Assembly: GCA_039714075.1 (NCBI GenBank)
Contig: JBDLKA010000002.1
Span: 37,234-101,233 of the forward strand
Reading direction: 5' to 3'
DNA from: Candidatus Krumholzibacteriota bacterium
GTDB lineage: Bacteria; Krumholzibacteriota; Krumholzibacteriia; LZORAL124-64-63
Length of the DNA stretch: 64,000 nucleotides
Shown here: piece after piece, positions 29,378 to 39,500 of the stretch
How positions within the stretch are numbered: the first letter of the stretch is position 1
How the letters are laid out: every line of letters begins with the position of its first letter
Position numbers and translations under genes: made by a program
The notes under the pieces: generated by a model
Seen by the model: only the letters and a program-made list of their open reading frames with translations
Database searches by the model: none
Told to the model about the DNA's origin: nothing

Positions 29378-30238
29378 ATGGCCTCACTGCACGACATGGA
29401 CAATTTGGCGGAACTGGCGCTTGACGACCTGGTGGCGCGGGTGACCGGGCGCGGCGATCTGCCGCGGCATATCGCCATCATCATGGATGGTAACGGGCGG
29501 TGGGCCAAGAAGCGGTTTCTGCCCCGGGTGGCGGGGCACCGCGCGGGTCGGCATGCGGTCAAAAGATGCGTCGAGATCTGTGGCCGTCTGGGCATCGATG
29601 TCCTGACCCTGTATACCTTCAGCCAGGAAAATTTCAACCGTCCCGTCTCCGAGGTCAAAGCCCTCTGGCATTTCCTGCAGGAAACCCTGGTCGCCGAACG
29701 GGACGAGCTGGATAGCCGCCAGGTGCGGCTGACCGCCAGCGGGGCTCTTGACCTCTTGCCGGAAAAGGCTCGCGACGCCCTTAAGGAAGCCATCGATTCC
29801 CTGGCCGGCAACACGGGTTTGACCCTCAACCTGGCCCTGGCCTACGGCGGTCGGCAGGAGATCCTGCGGGCGGCCCTGCGCCTGGCCGAACGGTTGCAGG
29901 CCGGCGAGATGAAGCCCGCCGATGTTACCGAAGAAACATTCGCCCAGGGACTCTACGCACCCGATCTCCCGGACCCTGATCTTGTCATCCGCACCAGCGG
30001 GGAAGCCCGCCTCAGCAATTTCCTGCTGTGGCAGACCGCCTACTCGGAGATCCTCATCACCCCGGTCCTGTGGCCGGACTTCAGCCAGAAGGATCTGCTG
30101 CTGGCGGTGGCGGACTACCAGAACCGCGAACGCCGTTTCGGCGCCCTGCCTTCGGACCTTTCCGGCGGCGGGTCCGACAAGGGCGATTCCCTGTTGGATC
30201 CGGCCCGCTGGAAACGCCTGCTGAAGGTGCGCCCGTGA
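29378..30238 (+). CDS. uppS: Undecaprenyl diphosphate synthase
   Basis: HIAIIMDGNGRWA, YTFSQENFNRP, YGGRQEI, IRTSGEARLSNFLLWQ. Confidence 0.97.
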   Translation: MASLHDMDNLAELALDDLVARVTGRGDLPRHIAIIMDGNGRWAKKRFLPRVAGHRAGRHAVKRCVEICGRLGIDVLTLYTFSQENFNRPVSEVKALWHFLQETLVAERDELDSRQVRLTASGALDLLPEKARDALKEAIDSLAGNTGLTLNLALAYGGRQEILRAALRLAERLQAGEMKPADVTEETFAQGLYAPDLPDPDLVIRTSGEARLSNFLLWQTAYSEILITPVLWPDFSQKDLLLAVADYQNRERRFGALPSDLSGGGSDKGDSLLDPARWKRLLKVRP

Positions 30239-31104
30239 CCGGGGATTCCGAAACCCGCCCCAGAACCCTGCGCCGTTTCCTGAACGCGGGTATCCTGCCC
30301 CGGGTGGCCGTCATCCTGGTGATGGTCCCCTGTCTGTATTTCATCACCCTGCGGGGTGGGTTGTTCTTCCTGATCCTGGCGGATCTGATCATCCTGCTCG
30401 GTCTGCGGGAATTCTACGTCCTGATGAAGGCCAAGGGGTATCAACCCTTCGAGATCCTGGGGTATTTCTGTTCCCTGGCCATCAGCTGGTACGCCTGGCG
30501 CCAGGGCGTGGGGGTGCCGCTGATCCTGACCGGCAGCCTGTTGCTCATCATGATCCGCGAGCTGTTCCGCAAGGACATGACAAAGTCCCTGGCCCACATC
30601 GCGGTGACGGTTTTCGGGATCATGTATGTCGGCTGGATGGGCAGCCACCTGGTGATGATGCGGCAGTTGCCCGCCGCCCTGGGGGTGGAGGATTACATCG
30701 GCGCGAGGCTGGTGTTTTTTGCCGCCCTGGTGACCTGGGCCACCGACACCGGAGCCTACCTGTGCGGGGTGGCCATCGGACGCCACAAGTTGATCCCCCG
30801 CATCAGCCCCAAGAAAACGGTGGAGGGCGCGGTGGGCGGTCTGCTGGCCGCGGGTCTTTGCGGTTGGATCTGTTCGCAGGGGCTGACGCCTTTTTTGACA
30901 CCGCTGGCCGCCACGGTGGTCGGCCTGATCGCCGGAGTCATGGCCCAGCTGGGCGACCTGGTGGAATCCATGATAAAGAGAGACGTGGGCATCAAGGATA
31001 CGGCGGAACTGATTCCCGGCCACGGCGGCGTCCTGGATCGTTTCGATTCGCTGCTGTTCACTGTCCCGGTGCTCTATTACTACTTCCGGTTCTTCATCGT
31101 CTGA
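30235..31104 (+). CDS. cdsA: Phosphatidate cytidylyltransferase
   Basis: DTGAY...ISPKKTVEG, GDLVESMIKR..GIKD...IPGHGGVLDRFDS; GTG start overlapping the uppS stop. Confidence 0.97.
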   Translation: MTGDSETRPRTLRRFLNAGILPRVAVILVMVPCLYFITLRGGLFFLILADLIILLGLREFYVLMKAKGYQPFEILGYFCSLAISWYAWRQGVGVPLILTGSLLLIMIRELFRKDMTKSLAHIAVTVFGIMYVGWMGSHLVMMRQLPAALGVEDYIGARLVFFAALVTWATDTGAYLCGVAIGRHKLIPRISPKKTVEGAVGGLLAAGLCGWICSQGLTPFLTPLAATVVGLIAGVMAQLGDLVESMIKRDVGIKDTAELIPGHGGVLDRFDSLLFTVPVLYYYFRFFIV

Positions 31105-31126
31105 TTCTCGGACCCGCAAGGAGGGG

Positions 31127-32410
31127 GTGTCCCGCATCATGAAACCCGGATCATCCGCACCGCGCCCAGGGCAATCCCTGTATCCCTGCGGCCGTCCCCT
31201 GCGGGAATTCCCGCGGCCCCTGCGCCTGATCGTCCTCGGGGCCACGGGGTCCATCGGGACCCAGACCCTGGACCTGGTCAAGCGCCATCCGGACAAGCTC
31301 CAGGTGGTCGCCGTGGGGTGCCGCTCCCGGGTCGGGGACCTGGCGCACCTGCTCCGGGACCTGGCCGCGGCCTGTCCGACGCACGAAAAGCCTTTGGTGG
31401 CGGTGACGGATCCGGCGGCCCACGCCGAGGCGGAGCGCCTGCCGGAAATGGCGAATCGATTGCTCGAGCCGGGGCCGCAGGGGCTCGTCGCCGCGGTCAC
31501 CGATGCGACCGACGCCCACTGCCTGGTCAACGGACTGGTCGGCGCGGTCGGGTTGGAACCGACCCTGGCCGCCGCGGGCAGGGGGCTGAGGATCGCCCTG
31601 GCCAACAAGGAGTCGCTGGTGGTCGGAGGATCCCTGGTGGCCGAGGCGGTGGCCGCCGGCGGAGCCGAGATCCTGCCGGTGGATTCGGAACACGCGGCCA
31701 TCGCCCAGTGTCTTTCCGGCCGCCGGGAAGAGGAAATCGCCCGTCTGATCCTGACCGCTTCGGGTGGACCCTTCCGCCAGACCAGCGCTGAGGACCTGGC
31801 CGATGTCACACTCGAACAGGTCCTGAAACACCCCACCTGGAACATGGGACCCAAAATCACTGTTGACTCGGCGACCATGATGAACAAGGGGCTGGAGATC
31901 ATCGAGGCCCACCATCTGTTCGGGTTGCCGTACGATGATATCGAGGTGGTGGTGCATCCCGGCTCCATCGTCCACTCCCTGGTCGAGTTCGTCGATGGCG
32001 CCCTGCTGGCCCAGCTGGGAACGCCGGACATGCGGATCCCCCTGCAGTACGCCATCAGCGGGGAAAAGCATTGGCCGCTGGAGACCGGCAGGCTAGATTT
32101 GCTGGAAACCGGATCCCTTCTTTTCGAAGCTCCGGATCCGGAGCGTTTCCCCTGTCTGCGTCTGGCCCGCGAGGCCGGCGCCGCCGGAGGGTCCGCGCCC
32201 ATTGTCCTGAATGCGGCCAACGAGGAAGCCGTCGCGGCTTTGCTGGACCGCCGTATCCTGTTCGGGGATATCCCGAACATCATAGAAGATTGCCTGGCGG
32301 CCGAAGCGCCGGGCGAGGTTCCCGACCTCGCCACCGCTTTGGCTGTCGATAAACAAGCCCGCAGGACGGCCGCCGGTCATATCGACCGCCGGTCGGCCGC
32401 CGGCAAATGA
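31127..32410 (+). CDS. dxr: 1-deoxy-D-xylulose 5-phosphate reductoisomerase
   Basis: LGATGSIGTQ, LANKESLV, PVDSEH, LTASGGPF, HPTWNMGPKITVDSATMMNKGLE; exact start uncertain. Confidence 0.97.
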   Translation: MSRIMKPGSSAPRPGQSLYPCGRPLREFPRPLRLIVLGATGSIGTQTLDLVKRHPDKLQVVAVGCRSRVGDLAHLLRDLAAACPTHEKPLVAVTDPAAHAEAERLPEMANRLLEPGPQGLVAAVTDATDAHCLVNGLVGAVGLEPTLAAAGRGLRIALANKESLVVGGSLVAEAVAAGGAEILPVDSEHAAIAQCLSGRREEEIARLILTASGGPFRQTSAEDLADVTLEQVLKHPTWNMGPKITVDSATMMNKGLEIIEAHHLFGLPYDDIEVVVHPGSIVHSLVEFVDGALLAQLGTPDMRIPLQYAISGEKHWPLETGRLDLLETGSLLFEAPDPERFPCLRLAREAGAAGGSAPIVLNAANEEAVAALLDRRILFGDIPNIIEDCLAAEAPGEVPDLATALAVDKQARRTAAGHIDRRSAAGK

Positions 32411-32417
32411 GGTCGAT

Positions 32418-33830
32418 TTGTCCAGCAGCCTGATCATCACGATTTTCGCCTTTCTGCTGACCCTGGGTCTTGTGGTCATCGTTCACGAGTTGGGGCATTT
32501 CCTGTTCTGCAAACTTTTCGGGATCTACGTGAAGACCTTTTCCATCGGTATCGGTCCCAAATTCCTGCGCAAGCGCTGGGGGGAGACCGAATACGTGCTG
32601 TCGGCCATTCCGTTCGGCGGCTACGTCAAGATGGCCGGCGAAGGGGTGATGGAGGAGATCCAGGATACCGGCACCTGGGAGGAACGAAAGTATCCCCTGG
32701 GAACCGAGGAGGGGAACGCCGAAGCCGCGGGCATCGACGATCATATCCCGCCCCACCGGCTGCTGCATTCGCGCCCCGCGTGGCAAAGGCTGCTGGTGTT
32801 CATCGCCGGCCCGCTGTTCAACCTGGTGCTTTCTTTCCTGCTGTACACGGGGCTGGTCCTCAGCAACGGTCTGCAGAACATTCCCTTCACCACGGTGGGC
32901 GAGATCCGCGCCGATTCCCCCGCCATGGCGGCCGATTTCCGGGCCGGGGATGAAATCCTGACGGTCAACGGCCGAACCGTGGAGAACTGGGGGGAGATCG
33001 AAAACGCCCTGGTCCCGGTGGAGCTGCGAAAAACCGGCGAGGTGCCGCCCTCGACAGTGGAAGTCCGGCGCGACGGCACGGTCGTGGACCTGGAACTCCA
33101 ACCACTTTTCGATGGCGAGGCCGGCTACTGGACTCTCGGCCTGGAGGTCTGGAACACCACCGTCGGCCTGGTGAAACGGAACGGTCCCGCCGCGGATCTC
33201 GGCCTGCAGACCGGGGACGTGGTGCAGTCGGTGAACGGCAAGCCGGTGACCTCGTTCAGCGGCATCGCCCGCATCATCAACGACAACCCGGACGAGGAAA
33301 TCGAAATCATCTGGCTGCGGGACGGCCAGGTCATGAGCGGGCTGGTGGTCCCCGAGCTCAAGGAAACCCAGCCGGGGGTCATGAAGGGGCGCATCTTCAT
33401 GGAGCCCTTCTTCGCCTACGAAAAGGTCGGCCTGGGCACTGCCATGGTCATGGGTTACGAACGGACCATCGGGACCATCAAGATCACCGTGGGCGTGCTG
33501 CGGGATTTCGTGCTGCGCCGTCTGGGGCTGGACGCGGTCGGCGGTCCCCTCAGGATCGGCCAGGCCGCCGGGGAGATGTTGAGCTGGAGTTTTTCGCACC
33601 TGATGTACTTCGTCGCCTTCTTCTCCATCAACCTGTTTTTGCTGAACCTGATGCCGATTCCGGTCCTGGACGGAGGGCATGTGCTGTTCCTGCTGGTTGA
33701 AGTGGCCCGGGGCGGCAAGCCGGTGCCGGAAAGGCTGCAGGCGATCGCCACGCAGGTGGGCCTGATCATCCTGCTGCTGTTCATGACTTTCGTGGTCGTG
33801 CTCGATGTCTGGAAGGTGACCGGGCACTAG
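32418..33830 (+). CDS. rseP: RIP metalloprotease RseP with two PDZ domains
   Basis: HELGH, IPFGGYVKM, AGPLFN, NLMPIPVLDGGH. Confidence 0.97.
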   Translation: MSSSLIITIFAFLLTLGLVVIVHELGHFLFCKLFGIYVKTFSIGIGPKFLRKRWGETEYVLSAIPFGGYVKMAGEGVMEEIQDTGTWEERKYPLGTEEGNAEAAGIDDHIPPHRLLHSRPAWQRLLVFIAGPLFNLVLSFLLYTGLVLSNGLQNIPFTTVGEIRADSPAMAADFRAGDEILTVNGRTVENWGEIENALVPVELRKTGEVPPSTVEVRRDGTVVDLELQPLFDGEAGYWTLGLEVWNTTVGLVKRNGPAADLGLQTGDVVQSVNGKPVTSFSGIARIINDNPDEEIEIIWLRDGQVMSGLVVPELKETQPGVMKGRIFMEPFFAYEKVGLGTAMVMGYERTIGTIKITVGVLRDFVLRRLGLDAVGGPLRIGQAAGEMLSWSFSHLMYFVAFFSINLFLLNLMPIPVLDGGHVLFLLVEVARGGKPVPERLQAIATQVGLIILLLFMTFVVVLDVWKVTGH

Positions 33831-34273
33831 TTCCCGGTGCCGGCGCCATCCCCGTCCGCGGGGTTCGGCTCCGGCGCGAGGGGAACCGGATCCGGGAGCG
33901 GCCTGGTCAGCCTCTCGAAACCGGACGAGGCTCTCAGGGAATCCTGTTCGGCGGCCAGCACGCGGCGCAGCAAGGCGGCCACGGCCTCGGAGCGGAGGGG
34001 TTCGTCCGGAGCCCCGGTCAGGGTCAGGTCCAGGGAGCTGTCGCCCCAGGCGGCAGCCAGGGAATCAAGGAGCGCGTCACCGGCGGCACGGTCCAGGAGG
34101 GCCACGGTCTTGGCCCGTTCGAGGATGACCATGCGCTCCACAAAGACGAATTCGCCCGCGGAAAGGTCTTCCAGGGTCAACGGCGGTTCGTTCTTTTCGC
34201 ATCCTGCCGCCGGCAGCAGGCAGGCCAGCAGGAGCGGCAGGTACAGGCGGCGGTAAGAGGTTTTTGTCGTCAT
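33827..34273 (-). CDS. Hypothetical lipoprotein
   Basis: MTTKTSYRR, hydrophobic stretch and lipobox-like AAGC; fills the gap between rseP and the Omp85 gene; stop codons overlap in CTAG. Confidence 0.6.
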   Translation of the reverse strand: MTTKTSYRRLYLPLLLACLLPAAGCEKNEPPLTLEDLSAGEFVFVERMVILERAKTVALLDRAAGDALLDSLAAAWGDSSLDLTLTGAPDEPLRSEAVAALLRRVLAAEQDSLRASSGFERLTRPLPDPVPLAPEPNPADGDGAGTGN

Positions 34274-34446
34274 GGCCGTTTTCCCCGGTCAAGGTTCAAG
34301 GTGACGGTCGCCGGTGGCCAAACGCGGCTCCGGTCTGGGGATCAAGGGGCGAACTGCTGCCGCCGCGAACCCGAAAAAGGACATTACATCAGCCACCCGG
34401 TTTTTCCACGACTTTTACCGGAGTGGGCTGGAGACGGAGCAGGGAT

Positions 34447-36558
34447 TTGAAAACAGGCGAGACGCCAGACAACGGATTGCGGATACCGGCCTGGAGCCGT
34501 GGTGTCCGCTTTTTTGTCTGCGCCCTGTGCCTGCTGGGTTCCGCGGTTGGTGTTGCCCTCGCCGACGAGGAGCTGGACTACGGACTGGAAACCCATCGGC
34601 TGGCCCGGATCGAGATATCCGGCAACACAACCTACTCCTCCGGCGAACTCAAGAAACTGCTGCGGATCCAGGAGGCGACCTGGACGCGTCCCCTGCACAT
34701 CGCCAAATACCGTCCCCATCTGGTGGACACCCAGGTCGGTCTGCTGGAAACGTTCTACCGCAACCGGGGGTTCCATCAGGTTTCCGCGAACCTCGATTCC
34801 ATCTCCACGGTGGTCCAGGAAGGGGATGTCCTGCACATCTCCATCGACGAGGGGCCGCGCACCATCATCAGCCGGGTCGCCTTCGAGGGAAACGGTCCGG
34901 TCTCTGAAAGCAGGTTGCGGGAGGTTCTGCGCCTGGTCGAGGGGCAGCCCGCGCCGGCGGACCTGAATGCCTTCGGCGGGGACATCTACGCCATCCGCGA
35001 TCTGTACCGCAACGAAACCTATCTCGACGCCACCGTCCGTCCGTCCATGATGATAGAGAAAGTTCCCGGCGGCCCCGGTTACCAGGCGTATGTTTCCTAC
35101 TTCATCAGGCCGGGGCAGGCCTACACCGTGGGTGAGATCAGGCTGGCCGGCAATGTCTCCACCCACGACAACCTGCTGACCCGGGAACTGGTGATCGCCG
35201 AGGGCCAGCCCCTCTACTGGCAGCTGGTCGAGGATTCGCGGCGGCAGTTGCTGGCCACCTCCCTTTTCCGGGATGTGACCATCGTGCCCGTGGCGGTGGA
35301 CACGACCAGCGGGCAGGCCGACCTGGTGGTCAGGGTCATCGAGCGCAAGCCCGCCTTCTACGAGTTCGGCGTTGGGGTGGGGAGCCTGGAACGGATCCGG
35401 GTCCTGGCCGCCTGGGGGCACTACAACCTGTGGGGGACCGGGCGTCGTTTCCAGATCCGCACCCGCGGTTCGTGGAACGTGGAGGATGTGGTCGGCAACC
35501 CCATCCGGTTCGATCAGGGGCAGATCAACTACCGGGTCGACGCCCAATACGTGAATCCCCACATCCGTAATAGTCGCTTCAGTTTCGACCTCGACCTTTA
35601 CACAAAACGTGAAACCCGCGGCGAGTCGGGCCTGAACATGGTCAGCCACGGTTTCAACGTGGGTTCGACCTGGAAGGCCAGCCGCCGGGTGACCAACAAC
35701 GCCTATTTCGGCCTGAAGGTCACTTCGCCCACGGTCCATCCCCACGCTCCGGACAGCCTCAAGGTCCGTTTCGAGGAACTGGGCGGCACCACGGATCAGA
35801 CGCGTTCGATCAACTGGGCCATCTACATCGATCACCGGGACGACCTATTCCGGCCGACCCGGGGCATGTACACCGTGGTGACGGCCAAACTCGCCGGCGG
35901 CTTGATGGCCGGCGATTTCAGTTTCTTCAAGTGGTCGACCGCTTGGCACAACTACCATCGGACCCCCATCGGGGGCACGCTGGCCCTGCGGTTCATGGCG
36001 GGCGGAACCCGGCCCTACGGGCGGTCCCTGGACAGGGGGCCGGACGGGGTGCCCTACGACGACCGGTTTTTCGCCGGGGGATCCTCGACCGTCCGCGGTT
36101 ACCGGCACAATTCCCTGGGACCGCAGGTCACCGACCAGGACGAACTCGATCGTCTCAACTACTCTTCGGACGTGCTGCTGCCGGACAATCCCGCCCGTGG
36201 CGGCAACTACCTGATGCTGACCAACGTGGAATGGCGTTTTCCCCTTCCGGTGCTGCGGCGCTGGAAATTCTCGAGCGTTTTCTTCTTCGAGGGCGGTAAT
36301 GTCTGGGCCCAGTTGAGGGATGTCCGGATGCGCGGTTTCCGCCTGTCCTCCGAACCGGGTGATCCCCAGGATCAGGCGTCGACCAAGGATTGGGATTACC
36401 GTTACAGCTACGGGACGGGGATCCGCTTCGACACGCCTTTCGGACCGGTGCGTGTGGATGTGGGTTTCCCCCTGAAGCGCGTGCGTTATGTCAGTGAAAC
36501 CCGTGACCTCCAGGATCCGAAGATCCTGTGGCATTTTTCCCTGGGGTACCCGTTCTGA
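34447..36558 (+). CDS. Omp85 family outer-membrane protein (TamA/BamA-like, about 3 POTRA domains)
   Basis: Signal peptide, POTRA-like repeats (IEISGN, VAFEGN, IRLAGN), RFFAGGSSTVRGY, GIRFDTPFGPVRVD, terminal FSLGYPF; start uncertain (34264-34477). Confidence 0.9.
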   Translation: MKTGETPDNGLRIPAWSRGVRFFVCALCLLGSAVGVALADEELDYGLETHRLARIEISGNTTYSSGELKKLLRIQEATWTRPLHIAKYRPHLVDTQVGLLETFYRNRGFHQVSANLDSISTVVQEGDVLHISIDEGPRTIISRVAFEGNGPVSESRLREVLRLVEGQPAPADLNAFGGDIYAIRDLYRNETYLDATVRPSMMIEKVPGGPGYQAYVSYFIRPGQAYTVGEIRLAGNVSTHDNLLTRELVIAEGQPLYWQLVEDSRRQLLATSLFRDVTIVPVAVDTTSGQADLVVRVIERKPAFYEFGVGVGSLERIRVLAAWGHYNLWGTGRRFQIRTRGSWNVEDVVGNPIRFDQGQINYRVDAQYVNPHIRNSRFSFDLDLYTKRETRGESGLNMVSHGFNVGSTWKASRRVTNNAYFGLKVTSPTVHPHAPDSLKVRFEELGGTTDQTRSINWAIYIDHRDDLFRPTRGMYTVVTAKLAGGLMAGDFSFFKWSTAWHNYHRTPIGGTLALRFMAGGTRPYGRSLDRGPDGVPYDDRFFAGGSSTVRGYRHNSLGPQVTDQDELDRLNYSSDVLLPDNPARGGNYLMLTNVEWRFPLPVLRRWKFSSVFFFEGGNVWAQLRDVRMRGFRLSSEPGDPQDQASTKDWDYRYSYGTGIRFDTPFGPVRVDVGFPLKRVRYVSETRDLQDPKILWHFSLGYPF

Positions 36559-39500
36559 TGCGTTTGGTCAGACCACAGAAACTGCCTCTTATGGTCGCCT
36601 GGGTGGTGATCGCCGGGGTGATCTACTGGCTGGGATCCCATCCCAACCTGGTCGCTCCCTATGGCTCGAACCTGGTCAGCCGCCATCTGCTGCGGATCGA
36701 GGGCGGGGGCCTGCGGGTCCGGGACTTCCGCGTGCGGGCCTTCGAGGGGCTGGACCTTTACGGAGTGTCCCTGACCCTGCCCGGCAAATCCGGCGGCATG
36801 ACCCTGATGTCGGCCGATACGGTGACCGTGGATTTCAAGCTCCAGGAGGCCCTCGGTGCGGTGCCCCACCTGCGCCGGGTCGTCGTGACCAGTCCCGAGA
36901 TCTATTCCATGGCCGGCAACGACACGACCAGCGGCGATGACTCCGGCACCATCGACCTGAAGTTGCCCTCCCTTTTGATCGAACACCTCGTGGTGCGGGA
37001 CGCCTTTCTCGAATTTTCCGATTCCGGCGGCCGCCTGGAACAAAGGCTTCCCGACATCGATTTCCGGGGCAGGGTGCGGACCGGAAACGAAGTGCGGGCC
37101 GTCCTCCGCGGCCTCGACGCGGACTGGGAGACCCATGAAAGCAGGCTGACCGGAATCAGGGGCGAGGTTACGGTCGGCCCCGAGGGGATTGAAGTGGCCG
37201 GCCTGGGCGGGTTCCTGAACGAGCATCCCGTCAAGGTGGACGGGGGGCGGCGCTGGGACGGGGATCTGGATATCGCGGTCACCGGCAGGGGTGTCTCGGT
37301 GGCCGAGGTCGAGAGCCTGATCGACCAGACCCTCGGCTTCAATGCGGCCGGGGATATCGAGGGCACCTTCAGGAAAGAGGGAGACCTCGTTTTCTACGAG
37401 GGCGAATTCGGCGGTGAACTGGAGGGCTACCAGGTTCAGGACCTGACCGGGCGTGCGACCATCAGTTCAGCAGAGGTCCTGTTGGAGGACATGGAGGGCA
37501 TCATCAACGAGGCCGGGTTCCAGGGTGGAGGCAGGTTCGATATCAGCAACGATCTGTCCGTCACCTTCGCTCTGGAAGGGGATGTCTGGGATGTCGACCT
37601 GGCCGAGGGCCTGGTTCCCGGTGAGGGTGAAATGCCCCGCACCGATGGCGTGGGCCGGTTGCGGATCGAGCACAGCGACTACCCCGAATGGACGCGGGTT
37701 TCCGGCGTGCTGAACGACGGGTTCATTGAATTCATGCCGTTCGACACCTGCTACGTGGAAGTCGTCGCCACCGGTGATTCCGTGTTCTTCAACCGGGTCG
37801 AAATCATGTACGGAAACCTTCACGGCATGCTGGAGGGCGCTGCCGATACGGCGGACAATTTCGACGGTTACGTGAGCGTCAACTCCGAGAACATCAATGC
37901 CCTGCCGCCGGACTGGAACTGGCCGCCGACCACCGGCCGTCTGAACGGGCAAGGGGCGGTGGCCGGACCCCTGGACGCCCTGGTCTTCGAGGGATGGGTC
38001 AACCTCTACCAGTTCGGTTTCGGAGCCCTGGGCGCGGGTTCCGGGGAAGTGGCCCTGGTTGTGGAGGATCTTCTGGGCGCCCAGATCATCACCGCGGGCG
38101 TGGACGGCCGGGACTTCTCCATCGGCGGGGTCCCCTTCGGGGATTTCAGTCTGTGGGGATCGGCCGGCCCGACCAGTGCCCGGGTCGATTCCTTCCGGAC
38201 CGATCTGGGCGATACGAATATCTTCCTGCGCTTCCGGGCGGATTACGCGGATTCGGTCAGCGAACTCCAGGTGGATGAATTCCAGGTCGATCTGGAAGGG
38301 ACCCTCTGGGCCATCGACGAACCGGTGGATTTTTCCGTGGGCGGCGGCCATTTCTGGCTGCCGGGAATGCGGCTGTCCTCGGACCAGGGCGCCCTGGTCG
38401 TCAACGGCCTCTATGAAAAGGACCAGGTCGTCGCCGGCAGTCTGCAGTTGGAAAGCTTCGACCTCGCCCTGCTGAACCCCTTCATCAGGACCGAACACGA
38501 GCTGGCCGGACGCATGACCGCCGACGTCGTGGTCGGCGGCGAACCCGCCTCGCCCCAGGTGAACCTGACGGCCGACCTGGTGGACGCCCCCTTCACCCTG
38601 GCCGATGTTCATTCCATGCACGTGATCGCGGGCTTCAACGAGGGCGCTGTGGATTTCGAGGAACTCGACCTGCGGAGCAATTTCGGCCGGGTCACGGGGA
38701 AGGGGACGGTGTCGAATCCGGGTGCGGGGTTCGACGAATACTGGGCCGGGTCGGCCCTGGACCTGGACCTGACGATACATGAGGGCGACTGGGCCTTCCT
38801 CGACCAGTTCGCCCTGCCCGCCCTCGATCGTTTGGCGGGTCTTTTCGAGGGTGACCTGCAGGTTGCCGGAAGTGTCCGGGATCCCTTGATCACCGGTAAG
38901 GTTCATAGTGCGCCCTTTAACATCCACTGGCTCCATCTTGACGAACTCGCCAGCGACATCCAGGTCGACAGCCGGTCGATGGTCCTGGGGGACATGGCCG
39001 GCCACAAGAACGACCTGACGTTGACCGGCCGGATCGAGATTCCTCTGGTCCTGGACCTGATCAGTGAACCGACCTCGCCGCCGGACGGGCCCTTTTTCAT
39101 GCAGCTGGACATTCCCTGGGGCAGCAATCTGGCTCCGCTGGCCCAGGCCACCAACGCCTTCATCACCGCCAGCGGGACGGGCGGGGCCCATGTTGTCGTT
39201 TCCGGTCCCCTGGAGCATCCCCTTTACCAGGGAACGGTGGAAATCGATAACGGGGGCTTCGTCCTGCGGAACCTGCAGGAGGTCTATCACAAGGTTTCCG
39301 CCGAAGGCATCCTGCGCGGCGACGAATTGAAGGTGTTCAATATCCGGGGCAAAGAGGGTCTGCGCGGCAGTTTCACCGGCGAGGGGCAGGTCCTGTTCCG
39401 GGGTCTGGAGATGGAGTCCTTCGACATCCAGCTGGACCTGGACCGGTTCCTGGTCGCCTCCATTCCCGATCTGGCCGTTGTGGTCAGCGGGCGAGGTGGG